The position numbers and the translations under genes were made by a program. Below, piece by piece: positions 1-13,579 of a stretch of 64,000 bases of DNA. Position 1 is the stretch's first letter, and each line of letters begins with the position of its first letter. Origin of the DNA: Glaucostegus cemiculus (Eukaryota); contig CDPCPM010000052.1 of NCBI GenBank assembly GCA_976551045.1, forward strand, positions 6,014,001 through 6,078,000, in the 5' to 3' direction. The notes beneath the pieces were generated by a model. That model ran no database searches. It had not been told where the DNA came from and saw only the letters and a list, made by a program, of their open reading frames with translations.

Positions 1-2029
1 CTACAGGAGATCGACTGAGCACCACTTCTAGTGCCCAATAGGATCTCAACATGAAGAGTGGAATATTAGGTATACATAAGCTAAAAATAGACGAGTAGAT
101 TCATTCAGGATTTTTTAATTTGCAAAGATATTTCCCTTTGAATTTCAGTGTTAAATGGGAAAACTTTTGCCATAGAAATGCATCAGGCTAGTACTCAAGC
201 ATGAGAAATTACTATTTGTACAATAGGGAATGCAGTGTAGAATGTCAAAAGAAATTATTTTGTAATTTCATTGTGTTTTTTAAGTTGCTCTGATTGTTGT
301 TCTGTGTCGTTACTAGTACTCACAGTCCCCACATTGTCCGTATGTAACACTTGCATATGCAATGCATAGTTTCACATTAATTGCCAGCAACATTCCTTCT
401 GGTTATACAAAAGTCAGCAGGATGTGTTTAATTTAAAAATAACTAAAAAAAAGCGACTTCATTGAGTTTAATAACAAGAAAATGTCTTGGACATCCTTCA
501 AGTCAGTGGAGTTAATTTCAGATCAGTTTGTTACAGCTGTTTATGATAATATACCCCAAAATCACCTGCTTAGGATCAGTGCTGCCATGGACTCTAGGTA
601 ACAGTTTGGCAGGAAAGTGGAAAATGCACAGAAGGGGGTCGCAGCCCACACGCTGGGCAAGGATCAAAGAGTTTAAAGGTCAGAGGACATGTCTCGCCTC
701 ACCATATCTTTCTGTTGAATAGCTGCTTCAGATTGTAAATCTGAAGAGGATTTCATTAAGTCCTTCTGGTTGCTGCTGGGGCATGAAATCATAAAATTTT
801 ATATCATAAGCTTTTCCTGCTTCTGGCAGCCAGATTGACATACCGGTGTATGTTTAAAAAAAATACATGTTTGCCACTTCTAGAAACAAGGTATGTTCCT
901 TCCACATTACTTTATGCCATTATAAAGACAAAATATTGGTTTAAGTATTCAGAACAAGAACTAATGACTATTCAACACATTTTGCTATATTCTTTATTTC
1001 TTTAATTTGCTTAAGAGGTTGGGTCAGTTTGAGGAATTGCCATTTCGCTTCAGTGTTATCTGAAGTTTTCAAATCTTATCTCCAGGTGTTCAGAGAAGAC
1101 TTTTGTATATTTTTATTTGTCTTAAATTGCAATGAGGCATTCTGAGAATATGATAGCAAGTGGCAGTCTGCTAAGGTCCTAACTTGAGTGAGGATTTAAA
1201 AAGACTTATCATTCAAGACAAATAGTACTAACTGCTTTCTATTTAATAGGCTGGTGAATAAGGCCCCCTGTAGTTTGTTTGAAAAGTTAATGGATTTTAA
1301 CTGTGATGGTGTCATTTTGAAAACTCAAAGGACTGTTTGTACTGGGAAAGCAGATCTTATTGATTAAGTCTGAAATTCTTGGTAAGCCACATTTATAGGT
1401 GTAATAAACAATATGCTTAGTAGTTGGCAAGATGAATCTCTGGAATCTTTTGATTACATGGAGCATATCATTCTTAATACTGAGGACATAGGTATCCATT
1501 AGTGTGAGAAATTTAGCTATGCACTCTGTGTGTGTATGTGTCATTTAATGCATGCTTACACCAGCTAATATAAGGACTGGTTTATTTAATAGTTTTCCAT
1601 TACTAATTGAAATAAACTACTGAAGGTGTACAATACATAGAAATGGCAAATAAATTATAACATTAAAAACAAACTGTTTGTTTTATGCTTCTTTGAACAG
1701 TTGATATTAAACTCTTAAAGACTTAACACTTTTGGTTTGTAACAGACTTTGAAACAGATATCCCTTGAGCTGTAGGTATGATATAATTCAACTCCAAAAC
1801 TGTGCAGTTCACACAAATTAAATCACTATTGCAAATTTCTATTTTCCACTTTCTGAAATATCTTGCATGTGTCACCAAGTATACCATGAGTAATTCAGCT
1901 TGCTTTCATTGCAAGCTGGCTTTAATCTCCTATGTACAGCAGCACAGTTTTTGTTAATGAATTTGGATGTCAAATTTCATCTTTCTAAAAACGTTCTTTT
2001 CAAAAAAAATGTTTCATTTTCCACAACAG

Positions 2030-2131
2030 AAAGTGAGGAACATGGCTTTAGAAGATGTAGTAATACTAAACGTGGACAACAATACACTGGAAACACCATT
2101 TGATGATCTTCAAAGCCTTCCTAATGATGTG
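2030..2131 (+). CDS. DENND1A: DENND1A (connecdenn 1, Rab35 GEF) internal coding exon, 102 nt, DENN domain
   Basis: Acceptor tttcattttccacaacAG (2028-2029) and donor GTaagt (2132). Translates without stops as [34 protein letters not shown], matching recalled vertebrate DENND1A ([34 protein letters not shown]). Missed by the ORF track, which shows a different frame. Confidence 0.95.
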
Positions 2132-5100
2132 GTAAGTATGACCTAGCTCTCATTGCTGTGCACTTTTATTACTGAACTCAAAACTTAATATAGCAATTTT
2201 TCAAATATCTCTCTCCCTGCCTACCCCCATCCCCTTCTTTCCTCTGTTTAATGTCTCTTTGACAATGTTATCTATTTGCTAAATTGCTTTGTTTTTCTAC
2301 ATAAAAGACAGGGCTACATGAAAACATTTGGTATTTTACCAGCACCCTTTGCATTTCACTTCACTCATCCTCCTTTTCAGCTTAAAGTTACAACCATGTC
2401 TTTCTGGCAAAACATAATTGGGCAATCTGATTTCATTCTTTTAAAATCCATTTATAGCATTGTTCTGAGAAAATGATTCATTACCTTATTCTGCACTGTA
2501 ACCTTTTCCTTCATCGCTTTTGTACCTGTGTTTTGCTTTCTTTCTACCCATTCTATTTCATTTTTGAATAATGGATTGGTATTGCTAGCTAAATGGTGTT
2601 TGGTTGCCAAGAAAGAGATGTGTTCAATTTGCCTTGCACTCTATCAGTGCCACCTGCTATTGGAGTACTCTTAATTAATAGATCAAAGGGACAAGACAGA
2701 GGTGGTAAAGTGTGTCAGTTCAGGAGGAGATAGCAGTCTACTTTGATCTAAAACAAAGTTGTGCCAGAAAGAGAAACATCTCAATTTTTCTCCAATCGCT
2801 TGTGATCGATGTTCTGACGCCTTTTCAGATTTTATTTAATGTTACAAGAAAGGGTAGAATAGATTTAGGGTGTTATTTAAAGGTCCAACTAAAGAAAAGG
2901 TCCTTTTTGATGTAGAACACTGACTTTAAAATTACAGCGGATAAATGAGAATGGCATACACCACTGCACAGTCTATTTCTTCAGTGTTTTGTTAAGAGGT
3001 GACATTGCCGGCATCATTGCTGTATGTGGCACCTAGATGTTAGATGTATAACTAGTTGTTGTGCTGCACAGAGCATCTTCATTTTGCAACCCAGTTCGCC
3101 ATCTGTTTGAAGTATTGTCCGGCTTTGAGTAAGCGCCTGCAATGCTAACAGCACTTTGGGTTTACTGCACTAAAAACAATTTGACATTTACAGACATGAA
3201 AGTACATATTGCTCACAAAAATTCTCCCCATAGGCTTTATTGTGCACTCATTGTGCTCCACAATTTGGCAGCAAAAGTAATTATACAGTAACAACTGTTC
3301 TGTTTCAATAGACATAACTTAACCCTTTCAGCGACCCATGTTCTCCACACAGTGGGCCAGCTCATGGGATTAGACATAAGGCTTTTACATATCAGAGCAA
3401 CTGATGGCATGTCCTGACAACATCCATATGTACCCGTTAATAATTTATGTAATTTCTTTCATAATAAATTTTGCAGGTTTAGTGGCAAAGTTAAACTTGA
3501 CCTCAATGTCAAAGAAAATAAATATTGCCATAAACCTTTATTCAGGAGGGAAAGGTTCAGAGGAAATAAAATGAAGAAACTGGATTCTGACAGAGTATTA
3601 CAATTTACCACTAAACATAAGGGAAGCTTGGTGGCTGGGTTATTAGTGCCCAACATCACAAGCTGGAAGGTGCAGGGTTAGACTCCCGGCATTGGGATGT
3701 GGCTTCCTCAGACACCGAGTTAGTTGTTCATCACTGCAGATTGTTAGGAAAAGCAATTAATGCAAGCATCATAGCTCAGTCCTGAGAAAACATGAAGGTT
3801 ACTTTTGTTCAGTTTTCAACATGCCAGGCTTATCAGTTTTCTCTTCTAACTTCTGCTTTTCCAGTAAACATATTTTCATGCTGCTTTTTCAAGCTCACAT
3901 TAGCATGTCTGAAGTTTCTCCAGTGTCATATATATAGGTCTGCAGTTTGTAGGAACGAACAGATGTCAGTACATTGGACTTTTGAATGTAATAATATTAT
4001 GGGAATTCATTCATATATGCAGGTGTCCATAAGTTGGGCGTTTGTATTCCGGGGTTGTCCTGTATTATCTACTGAAGTTATTGGTTGCGCACTGAGTATT
4101 CTGTCCATTGCTAGCATGAACTGGAACTTCTGTGTGCAATTATGTTCATTGAACACTCACAGTATAATGTGTAGTACATCGTGCTGCTACTTGCATTTAT
4201 AGCTATTTAGCTATTTAAAGGGACATTTTGCTGATATCAGGAGATCTAACTGGATGGGTTAAGAATTTATTAGAGGCTGCTCAATCAGTTCACAGACTGT
4301 ACTTAAAATAAGACTGTTTTTTTCCAGCATTTAGCTGCCAATGTACTTATTCAATGGGGGTGTCAATGGCGGTACAGTTGGCAGCACTCCAATAACAACC
4401 TTTCCGGGTAAGACGAGAAACTTCTGTAGCAATGCCAACAGCCGCTGTATCAGAGTCACTTGCCACTGCACAACGATGAATGTTATTGGAACTAAGTGAA
4501 AGTGGTATTTAACAGTACTATTTTTATAACAATGTCAGATTAAATGACAAACCAATGTAAATCATAACATATATCAGTAAAATAAATATACTAGTGCCTT
4601 CCCTGTTTAATGATGTTGTATCTGGGTGTAATTGCCCATTGCAGTGTCTCCTGTGTGGCTGCAGTCTCATTGCTGGAAGGCTGCTCCCTTTCACTTTAGA
4701 TCTGCACACTGATCTGTGGTGAATGCCAAGAAGCTCTTGTCCGAAGTGAACTGGCTTGGACTCCTGCCACAGCCAACTGCAGGGGCAGTCAGGTGTTGCT
4801 GGCATGAGTGAGAGATCACAATGTGAGCTGATTTGGTGCTTTCGTGATGGGGGACATCATTGTCCAGAACTTGCTCACCAGTTGATCTCTCTGGTATCTG
4901 GGAAGACAGTGGTGCAATGATCTGCTGGAACCTCAGTCAACTGGTTCAACCTCCACACAGAGTTGAGCTGCTTACAGACACTGAGTCACACATGTCTTAT
5001 CCCTTCTAAATTATCTCGTTGCTTTGTGAAAATAAGTGATAGCCTGTGTTTCTGAGGTGCTAACATCCATCCTGTCAATAACTCAGCCGAGACGGTTTCA

Positions 5101-5289
5101 AAGCCAATATTTGGAAGAGGATGGAATATCCTCAATGATGAAGTTCCACACTGAGGTGCCATTAGACAGCACTCTTTTTTTTCCCTCCAAGACTTGGAGT
5201 TTGATTTGCAAGAGCTTGATATTTTCAGGAGATCATGCTGACGTTAACTTGACACAGGGCAGCGCCTACAGCTCTTGTGGGTTTTGCGG

Positions 5290-6124
5290 TATTGGTATTG
5301 GTTTTTATTTACAGCATGGTAACAGGCCCTTTTGGCCCAATGAGTCCACGCCGCCCATTTTAAACCCCCAAATTAACCTACCCATATGTCTTTTAGAATG
5401 TGGGAGGAAACCGGATCACCCGGAGGAAACCCATGCAGACACGGAGAACGTACAAACTCCTTACAGTCAGCGGCGGGAATCGAACCCCGATCGCTGGTGC
5501 TGTAACAGCGTCGCGCTAACTGCTACGCTATCATGCCGCCCACTTATTGTCACTTGTACTGAGGTACAGTGAAAAACTTGTCTTGCATACCGATCATACA
5601 GGTCAATTCATTATACAGTGCAGTTACGTTGAGTTAGTACAGAGTATATTGAGGTAGTACAGGTAAAAACAAATACAGTACAGAGTAAAGTGTCACAGAT
5701 ACAGAGAAAGTGCAGTGCAGGTAGACAATAAGGTGCAAGGTTACAAGCTAGATTGTGAGGTCAGAGTCCATTTTATCATATAAGGGAACCGTTTAATAGT
5801 CTTATCACAGTGGGATAGAAGTTGTCCTTAAGCCTGGTGGTATGTGCCCTCAGGCTCCTGTATCTTCTACCTGATGGAAGAGGAGAGAAGAGAGAATGAC
5901 CCGGGTGGGTGGGGTCTTTGATTATGCTGGCTGCTTCGCCAAGGCTGCGGGAGTTAAAGACCAAGGAGTCCAAGGAGGGGACGCTGGTTTCTGTGACGCA
6001 CTGGGCTGTGTCCACAACTCTCTGCAGTTTCTTGTGGTCCTGAGCAGAGCAGTTCCCATAGCAAGCCGTGATGAATCCAGATAGGATGCTTTCTATGGTA
6101 CATTGATAAAAGTTGGTGAGTGTC
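5290..6124 (-). mobile_element. Rex-Babar (Rex1-like) LINE, 5'-truncated, (ACCAAT)n-tail subfamily, interrupted by a SINE
   Basis: ORF 5776-6126 reads FYQCTIESIL...LQRVV...HPGHSLFSPLPSGRRYRSLRAHTTRLKDNFYP, the typical Rex1 C-terminus. 3' UTR and tail (attggtattggt on +) are shared with other copies in the window. Confidence 0.85.
5304..5541 (-). mobile_element. tRNA-derived V-SINE (HE1-like) with a CR1-type 3' tail
   Basis: Minus strand shows an A-box-like TAGCGTAGCAG, B box GGTTCGATTCC (5476-5486), V-domain GTTCTCCGTGTCTGCATGGGTTTCCTCCGGGTGATCCGGTTTCCTCCCA, and tail TGGGCCAAAAGGGCCTGTTACCATGCTGTA resembling the local CR1 3' ends. Confidence 0.85.
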
Positions 6125-6347
6125 AATATGTGGTCATGGAGGGAAACTTGCAGGGACAGAGGGTCCTTAAGTTGCTTGAATCATCCAGTAGATACATGAA
6201 ATGTGTCAAATGGTGAGGGAGCTCTTGTACTGGGGAACAAGGTGTTATCAAGGCAATGAGGGAACAGAAAAGAGAGACTGGTAGTTGGGAAGTACCTAGA
6301 GGTTTTGCAATCATAACGAGGAATCCAGAACTGCAGTAAATCGGCAC

Positions 6348-6646
6348 CTTCCTTCCCTATCAGATTCCATCATCTTCAGCCCTTTATTTCCTCCTCCGAT
6401 CACCTCCCAGCGTTTGTCTCTATTTCCAGTCTTCCCTCCCCCACCTGCCTATCACCCCTCCTCACCTGGATCCACTTACTGCTTGCCAGCTCTGGTTCTG
6501 CCCCTCTTCCTCAGCTCTTTATACGATTCATCTCCCCTGTACTCTTTCAGTCCAGATGAAAGGTCTCGACCCAAAGCATTGACTGTCGATTTCCCTCCAT
6601 AGATGCTGCCTGACCTGCTGAATTCCTCTAGCAGTTTGTTTTTTGT
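6348..6646 (+). mobile_element. Penelope-like element (PLE) 3' region with a degenerate hammerhead motif (6548-6585)
   Basis: Pyrimidine-rich segment, then CAGTC-CAGATGAA-AGGTCTCGACCC-AAAG-CATT-GACTG, then AGATGCTGCCTGACCTGCTG. Homologous to the 3' end of the PLE at 50850-51660. Confidence 0.75.
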
Positions 6647-7149
6647 TAGCAGATGTTACCTCAGAATGAACATTGCATTTAGTGAAATGTTACTAGTCAG
6701 AATGTCTCAATGGCCAAGTAAATGAAGCTATGGAGACTCTATTTACGGAGTATACATTTTGGTGGATTGTTTTATTGTATGCATGACAAAAAATATTGTT
6801 ATCCTGCAAAAAGTGTCCAAAGGGAAGAGCCATAATCGTAACAAGCTAAGTAACCTCACAGTATATCTGGCACATTGGTAATTTCCACTCTCTGCACCCA
6901 CTGGGATAAGAAACATAGCCTGTAGAAGTCGGGAAGTATCAGACTTGCTAAATTGCTTCTGTGTACCAGTTTTCACAAGGATCAGCAGAGAGTCACAGGT
7001 ACAAATACATGTGGAAATAAAGCCAATGAAAGGAACAAGCTAGATTTAACTTTTAAAAAGTGGTGATGATAGAACAGATGCACTTAAAGATAGACAAATT
7101 TCCAGGACTCTATTTTCCAACCCAAGATATTAAACAAACTACTTGAGGA

Positions 7150-7494
7150 TCATGTTTATTATCACTGACATATGTCATAAAAATTACTATAAGTTACAAA
7201 AATAAATAAATAGTGCAGAAGAGGAAGAACGAGGTAGTGTTCATGGGTTCTTCGACCGTTCAGAAATCTGATGGCAGAAGGGAAGAAGCTGTTCCTGAAA
7301 CATTGAGTGTAGGTCTTCAGGCTCAGTGAGGAGATGTTATTGCTGATCTGCACTGACTGTGTCTCCCTGTAAGGAAGTTGATCCAGTTGCAGAGGGAGGT
7401 ACAGAGGCCCAGGTTTTGAAGTTTGTTGATCAATACTGAGGGGATGATGGTGATGAACGCCGAGCTGTAATTGATAAACAGCAGCTTGACGTAA
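7150..7494 (-). mobile_element. Rex-Babar LINE with an internal deletion of about 700 bp
   Basis: The 3' UTR and ORF end join directly at about 7323 to an upstream RT segment. Both halves align by eye to the copy at 48525-49669 (about 48576-48753 and 49451 onward). Confidence 0.75.
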
Positions 7495-7504
7495 CAGCCT
7501 ACTT

Positions 7505-8990
7505 GATGGTTTAGTGACGGTCTTTCAAAATGCTCTTCAATCAGGTGTTGATAGATATTTAAGGAAGAATATCCAAGAAAATGTAATCTCCAGTATGGTA
7601 GGGTTGTTTGAAACTGATATAGGAAAGGAGTAACATTCTCTCTTCTCTTCCATTGGGTAGAAGATACAGGTGCCTGAGGGCACGTACCACCAGATTTAAG
7701 GACAGCTTCTACCCCACTGTGATAAGACTATTGAATGGTTCCTTTATACAATGAGATGGACTCTGACCTCACTATCTACCTTGTTTTGACCTCGCACCTT
7801 ATTGCACTGCACTTTCTCTGTAGCTGTGACACTTTACTCTGTACTGTTACTGTTTTTATCTGTACTACATCAAAACACTTTGTACTAACTCAGTGTAACT
7901 GCTCTGTGTAATGAATTGACCTGTACAATCAGATTGTAAGACAATCTTTTCACTGTACCTCAATACAAGTGACGATAATAAACCAATACCAATAACTAAG
8001 CTTTTGGTTAAATACAAGTTGATCAGTGAAAACCATCGTAGATTTGTAAAGAATGAATTGTCTGTAATTTTTTGCATTGGTAATGGAAGTGTAAATAAGA
8101 GAATGATAATTGTAAGGATTTCCAGAAGACATTCCACAAGATTCTATGTAAAATAACAAAATGGAATGGGAAAGATGGATGGAATTGATTTGGAGTTGGG
8201 GATTGTGGATATGTTTGCACATGGACCGGATTAACTGGGGAGGATCCTGTGTGATGTATAATATGGCCTCACCTTTTGGCAGTATATTTAATGACTTGGA
8301 TGAATGAATAGAGAACCATATTTTTTGCTGATGGCACAAAGTTGGGTGTCATAATAAAACGTTGAAATGGTTGCAGCATATGTAAAGGGGAAACTATGAT
8401 TGATGGGGATTGAGGTGGGGGAAAGTGCAGTCATTCAATTTGCATCCAACTAAGGTAAATGAGAGAATTCTCCATGTGGTGAGAGGAAAGGAACTGTGTT
8501 TGAACAGAGAGACTTTGTGAAAATATTACAAAAATGTGGTGACCAAATACAAAAAATTTAGAAAAATAATGCAAAGTCTCTTTATCTCAAAAAGGCTAGA
8601 AACCAAGTTTATGTGGCCACTGTACAAACTGTTCTGGGCGTCACATGTGAGGATGGATGTACTTGTCTTGGAGGTGGTGTAATGCAGGGTCACCAGAATG
8701 AGCATAAAAGGGTTCAATTATGAGGGCAGGTTGCATAGCCTTTCTGAGTATTCACTGGGAAGACCAGGAGTAACCTAGCTGAGTTGATTAGGATGATTAA
8801 AGGACTCAATGAGACGATGAAAATTATGAGTTTAGTGGGCATAGCCTGATTACATAAGTACTTCCTTGCATGATGGGGAACAGGAATATGAAATTCTCTT
8901 CCCCAAAATTCCTATGAGAATAAAATGAATTGAAAAATTATAACTGAGAGTGATATATTTCTGTTAGCAAGAGTACTAAGGGTAAGTGGA
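7505..8990 (+). mobile_element. Old, heavily decayed CR1 LINE interrupted by a Rex copy
   Basis: Residual RT motifs (tatattta-atgacttggatgaa; tttgctgatggcacaaagttggg, similar to FADDTK) in collinear order. Confidence 0.55.
7636..7995 (+). mobile_element. Rex-Babar LINE 3' end, (ACCAAT)n tail
   Basis: Codes for [20 protein letters not shown]; 3' UTR ends AATAAACCAATACCAATA; inverted homolog of 5542-5900. Confidence 0.85.
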
Positions 8991-10867
8991 GTGGTTGGCC
9001 AGATGATTGTGGGGAAGCAGGGATGGGTTTGGGTAGCTGATACTCATGTGGCTTGGGCAACCAATTCAATAGGGGATTTGGACAAATCATTCAGAAGTTC
9101 TGCTCCTGAGAGGATATGGGCAGCTATGGGGAGGAGCATGGTGGGTGGTGCAATAATGGTGGAACTTTTTTACTTGGGAGAAAATGAATGCCTTTGACCC
9201 CTGGGCAGTGCCCAAGTCGGGTGGGGCCTTCGACTAAAGCCAGAGCAGCCTTCACCCTGATCATTAAGACCTGCATAAGTGTTCTTCGAGGCTTTTTCTC
9301 TGCAGTAGAATTTTTTGCCAGTGTTCTAAACCAATTCTTGTATGCTATCTGGCATTGCTGCAGGTGCCCAGTGGCCTTGATGTGCTGGCACATCATGTAT
9401 ACAGAAACACCAGCAACAATTTCAGTTTGCGTTCTTCAACTCCAACCTGAAAGTAGCCCTCTAAGCCCAAAGACTTGATCACTCCTGATTTAGCTGAATG
9501 TTGGCTTTATCGATCTTAAGTAAAAGTAATGTGAATTCTGATTGATCTACCATTATTGAGTTGAAATGGCTCCCTTTTGAGAGTGTAATATACAATAGGA
9601 ACAAGTTGGTGTGAAGTGACAGTGATATTCAGTCTTGCTGTTGTACAAAAGCTGTGTTTTCAAAGTATTATGTGACTTCTCCATATAGAATGGATCCTTA
9701 CCTAAGTTATCAGACTTTGAAACCACTTAAGGCAGATGCTGTGGTTCTTCAGCAGAACCTTGAGTAAAGCATGTCTTTACTGGATGCCAGTCTAAAGTAC
9801 TGAGGCAAAGGGAATATTACATTACCATGTTGGTTTATCTTTTGAAAAATAGCTATCAGAGCTTGTGCCCTTGAATTATTTGCTTTGGTCCGGTACTATA
9901 CAGTTGATGGTTTCTTTGAAATGGTTATCCCGTGGGACTTATTAAAGCTGACCAAAGGAAGTTTGATGCCACACTCGTATCCTGCACAGATGTCAAATAC
10001 AACATCCTTGTATACCACACTTAAGTCAGTTTATATTTTCGTTACTGTATTAGGCAGATGTACCTCAGCATATGAACATTACTGGTGATTAAGCCTAGGG
10101 CACTCTCAACAGCTTTAGCAGCATCTTTTGTTTATACCATTTATTACAATTACAGTCAGAAAGAATTAGCACAGTTGCAATTTCAATAAGAAAAATGCAA
10201 CAAGGATTCAGTATTTTTTGCCACAATCTAGTAACTATTGATAAGTAATACAAAATATTCTAACATCACACCTCTACATTACTAATAGATGACCATATCA
10301 CAGTGCATAAGTTCAGAGAGCATTGACTTCGGATGAATACATCCAAATCAAAGCCAGAATTCTGGGCTGTTAAACTATTTCCTGTTTGTTCTTTTGCTAG
10401 GGAGTTCTTATTCATGCAGTCTGACAGTATAATTTGAATTGAGTGCATCACACTGTTATTAAGTTTTGTTTTCTGGTTTCAGTGTTTTCTATGTTAAGCA
10501 TACTTCACCAAAACATGGAAACTACTTTAGAAGTGACACCCCAAATGTGCATCTAGTATGTGGTTAGGTTTATTGCATTTGAAATTGGATGAGCATTTTC
10601 AGACCAAAAATAGCCTGCCCCAATATTTCAAAAGCCCAGAGAGGATTTACATGTTTTCAAATGATGTTTGGATTGTTTGAATTGAAATTCCATCCAACTA
10701 ACAGAGGAGTTGTAGTCTGGGAAGCCAAAATTCTATCCTTGGGCTGCATTAAAGAAAATACAAAGTTAATGCAGCTACCTGAAGTTATAAGCATTAATAC
10801 CTGTCAATAATAGAAATGGAATATTTTAAAGTAATTTGCGTTACGTATTGTTAATATTCAGAATAAA

Positions 10868-11430
10868 ATTAAATATACTGGAAGTGCTCAGCAGCATAAG
10901 TGGGAAGTGGAAGAGAGTTGATGTTCCAGGTCAAGGACCCTTCATCAGAACTGGGAAAGTGAGAGGACGAGTGTATTTTAAGTTGCAAAGAGAAATAGGG
11001 TGGAGAGAACAGAGGGACATTTTTCAAAGTGAAAATACATTTAAATTTGGAACAAAATGATACAGCAGCAATTGAAATAAAGATACAGCCACAACTGTGG
11101 TGGTGGTGGTGGGGGGGGGGGGGACGGGTGTGGGGTGTGGAATAAACAGTTGGGGGGTGGTGGTGAGGGGTTACTGTGAATGTACAGTGCCCAGTTGGAA
11201 GGTGAGGGGCTGTTCCTCAAGTTTACACTGCATATTGTTGGAGCAGTGTAGGAGGCTCCCCCAAATGTTAATGTTTTGGTTCTCAACTACTTCTTCAGAA
11301 TCTCCAATCTCATGAAGTTTATACACACTCATTACATTAACCTGATTGATTGGTTCAGCGACCTACTGAGCATTCCCAGCAGCTTTTGCTTTTGTTTCAG
11401 ATTCCTTGCCTGTGCAGTACTTTGCTTTTC
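10868..11430 (-). mobile_element. PLE fragment (GIY-YIG end plus 3' region) followed by an inverted short arm
   Basis: Minus strand has aacttgaggaacagccc...aactgggcactgtacattc, similar to KLEEQH..LG..Q, and a hammerhead motif at 10915-10953. A + strand arm gacctactgagcattcccagcag lies at about 11360. Confidence 0.65.
10915..10953 (-). ncRNA. Minimal type I hammerhead ribozyme motif, near-intact copy
   Basis: Reverse complement CAGTT-CTGATGAA-GGGTC.CTT.GACCT-GGAA-C-ATC-AACTC gives stem I AGTT/AACT, core CUGAUGA, stem II and an NUH triplet (AUC). GAAA is mutated to GGAA, so this copy is probably inactive. Confidence 0.65.
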
Positions 11431-13164
11431 GACCCCATATAATTTGTCTCCTCCACTCCCAGAGATCAGCTGACAACTCCATTCTGGGACATTTCAGCAC
11501 AATAATGTTTCGCACAGCTGTGCTTCAATGGGTGTATCTCAACATTTAGATCTTTAAAACCCTTTATCTGTTTTGTACAAGGTTAGTATAATCACAGTCT
11601 TTGTGTGGGGTGACATCAGGTGAGGGTAAGGTGAGACACCCATCTCCCCTAAACTACTGCCTGTTACTAGGATGGATGGAGGGAGGGGTTTCAATCATCT
11701 CTTTCAACAGAGAAGGAAAGTGAAAAGTGTATATTTGAAAGGGAAATCATAACCTCAACATTAATTATTCTGTATATAGATATATACTATTTATGATAGA
11801 AGATGTGTGTATTCAAAGAGGGTGCCATTGATATCCATTCAATACTTTCAATGAATACCTCCTTTGTGCAAATGGTAATCAGGCTATTAGAAACATGCTC
11901 ACTTGAAGTGCAGCATTATGCCTTAGAGATAATTAAACACCCCCAGAGCTAAATAACAAGGGCATGATTAAGTGGTGAATAATCTAATGTACAGGTGGTA
12001 CGGCCCTTCAGGATCAGAAGCAGCTTTGACAAACACAGTTCTCTTCAAAAGGACCAAAATGTCGTCAGCATCACTTGCCCCATATCTGCACTACAAAACT
12101 CGTGCTGCTGCAGAAAGTCAAAGCAGAAGATGGCATCTGCTTCTCAATTTAAAACATTTGTGGAAGTGAAATTATTTGTCCAGTATTAATCAGAACTCGA
12201 GTGAATGCATTGCTTACTGAGCTATTTCACCATTGAGTTACAACATAAAACAGAAATACTACTTTTTATTTGGAAGTAAAACAAATATTGATTTGGACTT
12301 TCTGAAAAATTATAAGGGGGTAGTTAGTTAATCACCACTGCGTCTCGTTACTGTAGCAGGCATGCGTACTATAACCTGTAATAAAACATCACTTTCCTCT
12401 AAATCAGATGATCTCTTTTTTAAATGCTAAATCTACTAATGAGTTCAAAGTCCAAATTAAGTTCTATCGATGAAGCTGAGAATTTCCATATTTGGTGATG
12501 AATGTACCTCCCCACTCTTTTCACTGTTTTGGCAATTTCATCCTGAAATGTGAATGTCAGAAAGCAGAAATTAAAATAAAGAATACTTCTGGTAACATTT
12601 GTGTGTAACTTCACATGTTCTGCATCTACCAGTGTGACATGATGCCTTCTGACAGTGACTACACCCTGAAATTGCTCACTGTCCCATCTATTTGACTAAA
12701 TTGTGTCTTGGTTCTGAGATTTAGAGCCTTGACCTCTTTTCACAAAGTTTTCATTCTATTTTTTTGCTTTATCACATTTCTTTAATTATTCTTTGATCTT
12801 AATAATTGCAAAAGCCAGCATTGGATTGGAAGGTAGAATCCTCACTTTTCCCAAAGAACAATACATTATTCCCATTGTAGGTTCTTCTTTTCACCATTAT
12901 GCATTGTGATCACTTGTTTTAAATTCACTGCACTGCAGCACTGGCAAAGGATGAGGGTCTCGCAGCAGAAGAATGTATCCAACCTTGTCCTTCCTCTAAT
13001 CTGAAGGACAGCCTCGCCGCCACTGTTTGCTTGACGGTTTTTGAACTTCACTGGTGATCAGCAGCTGAGTGGTGATCGGTGCTGCATGCAAAGATAACTG
13101 GGAGGTATTTACTGAACAAACTGAAGCATGATCTTACCATGCATCCATTTCAAAGACACTCCCC

Positions 13165-13579
13165 TCCACTGACCTCCCCTCCATTGACTCTGTCTACACT
13201 CCCTGTTGTCTTGGGAAAGCAGCTAACGCAATCAAAGACCCCAACTACTCCAGTCATTCTCTCTTCTCCCATCGCCTGTTGGGCAGAACATACAAAAGCC
13301 TGAAAGCACGAAGCACCAGACTCAAAGGCAGCTTCTATCCCACTGGTATCAGACTCTTGAGTGGACTCATACACTAATAGATGAACTCTTGATTTCCTAA
13401 TCTACCTTGCACTTTATTTGTCTGCCTGCACTGCATTTTCTCTGTAACTGCAACACCATATCCTGCATTCTGTTTGCTTTGAACTGCCTTGATGTAATTC
13501 TGTTTGGCATGATCTATCTGGATGGCAAGCAAAACCAAAGCTTTTCACTGTATCTCAGTACTCAATAAACCATACCAAT
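13165..13579 (+). mobile_element. Rex-Babar LINE 3' fragment
   Basis: LPSIDSVYT..CLGKAANAIKDP...GRTYKSLKARSTRLKGSFYP-like coding remnant and a 3' UTR ending AATAAACCATACCAAT. Confidence 0.8.

Noticed and set aside
830-890. Possible 61-nt exon (ctggcAG ... aagGTatgt)
   Set aside because: No similarity to the expected preceding DENND1A exon (APMPYLIGIH...), frame-shifting length, and no other support. Such splice-like pairs are common by chance.
5460-5541. tRNA gene
   Set aside because: The A and B boxes run straight into a V-domain and LINE tail, so this is a SINE head; the same applies to 30657-30725.
7480-7494. Apparent shared 5' breakpoint (TACGTCA) with the Rex copy at 48576
   Set aside because: The 48.5 kb copy extends about 50 nt further upstream (ISLVLHSALEH), so the ends do not coincide.
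11096-11170. G-quadruplex-like G-rich tract
   Set aside because: It is the reverse complement of the C-rich PLE 3' region with a slipped G run, and is explained by the element.
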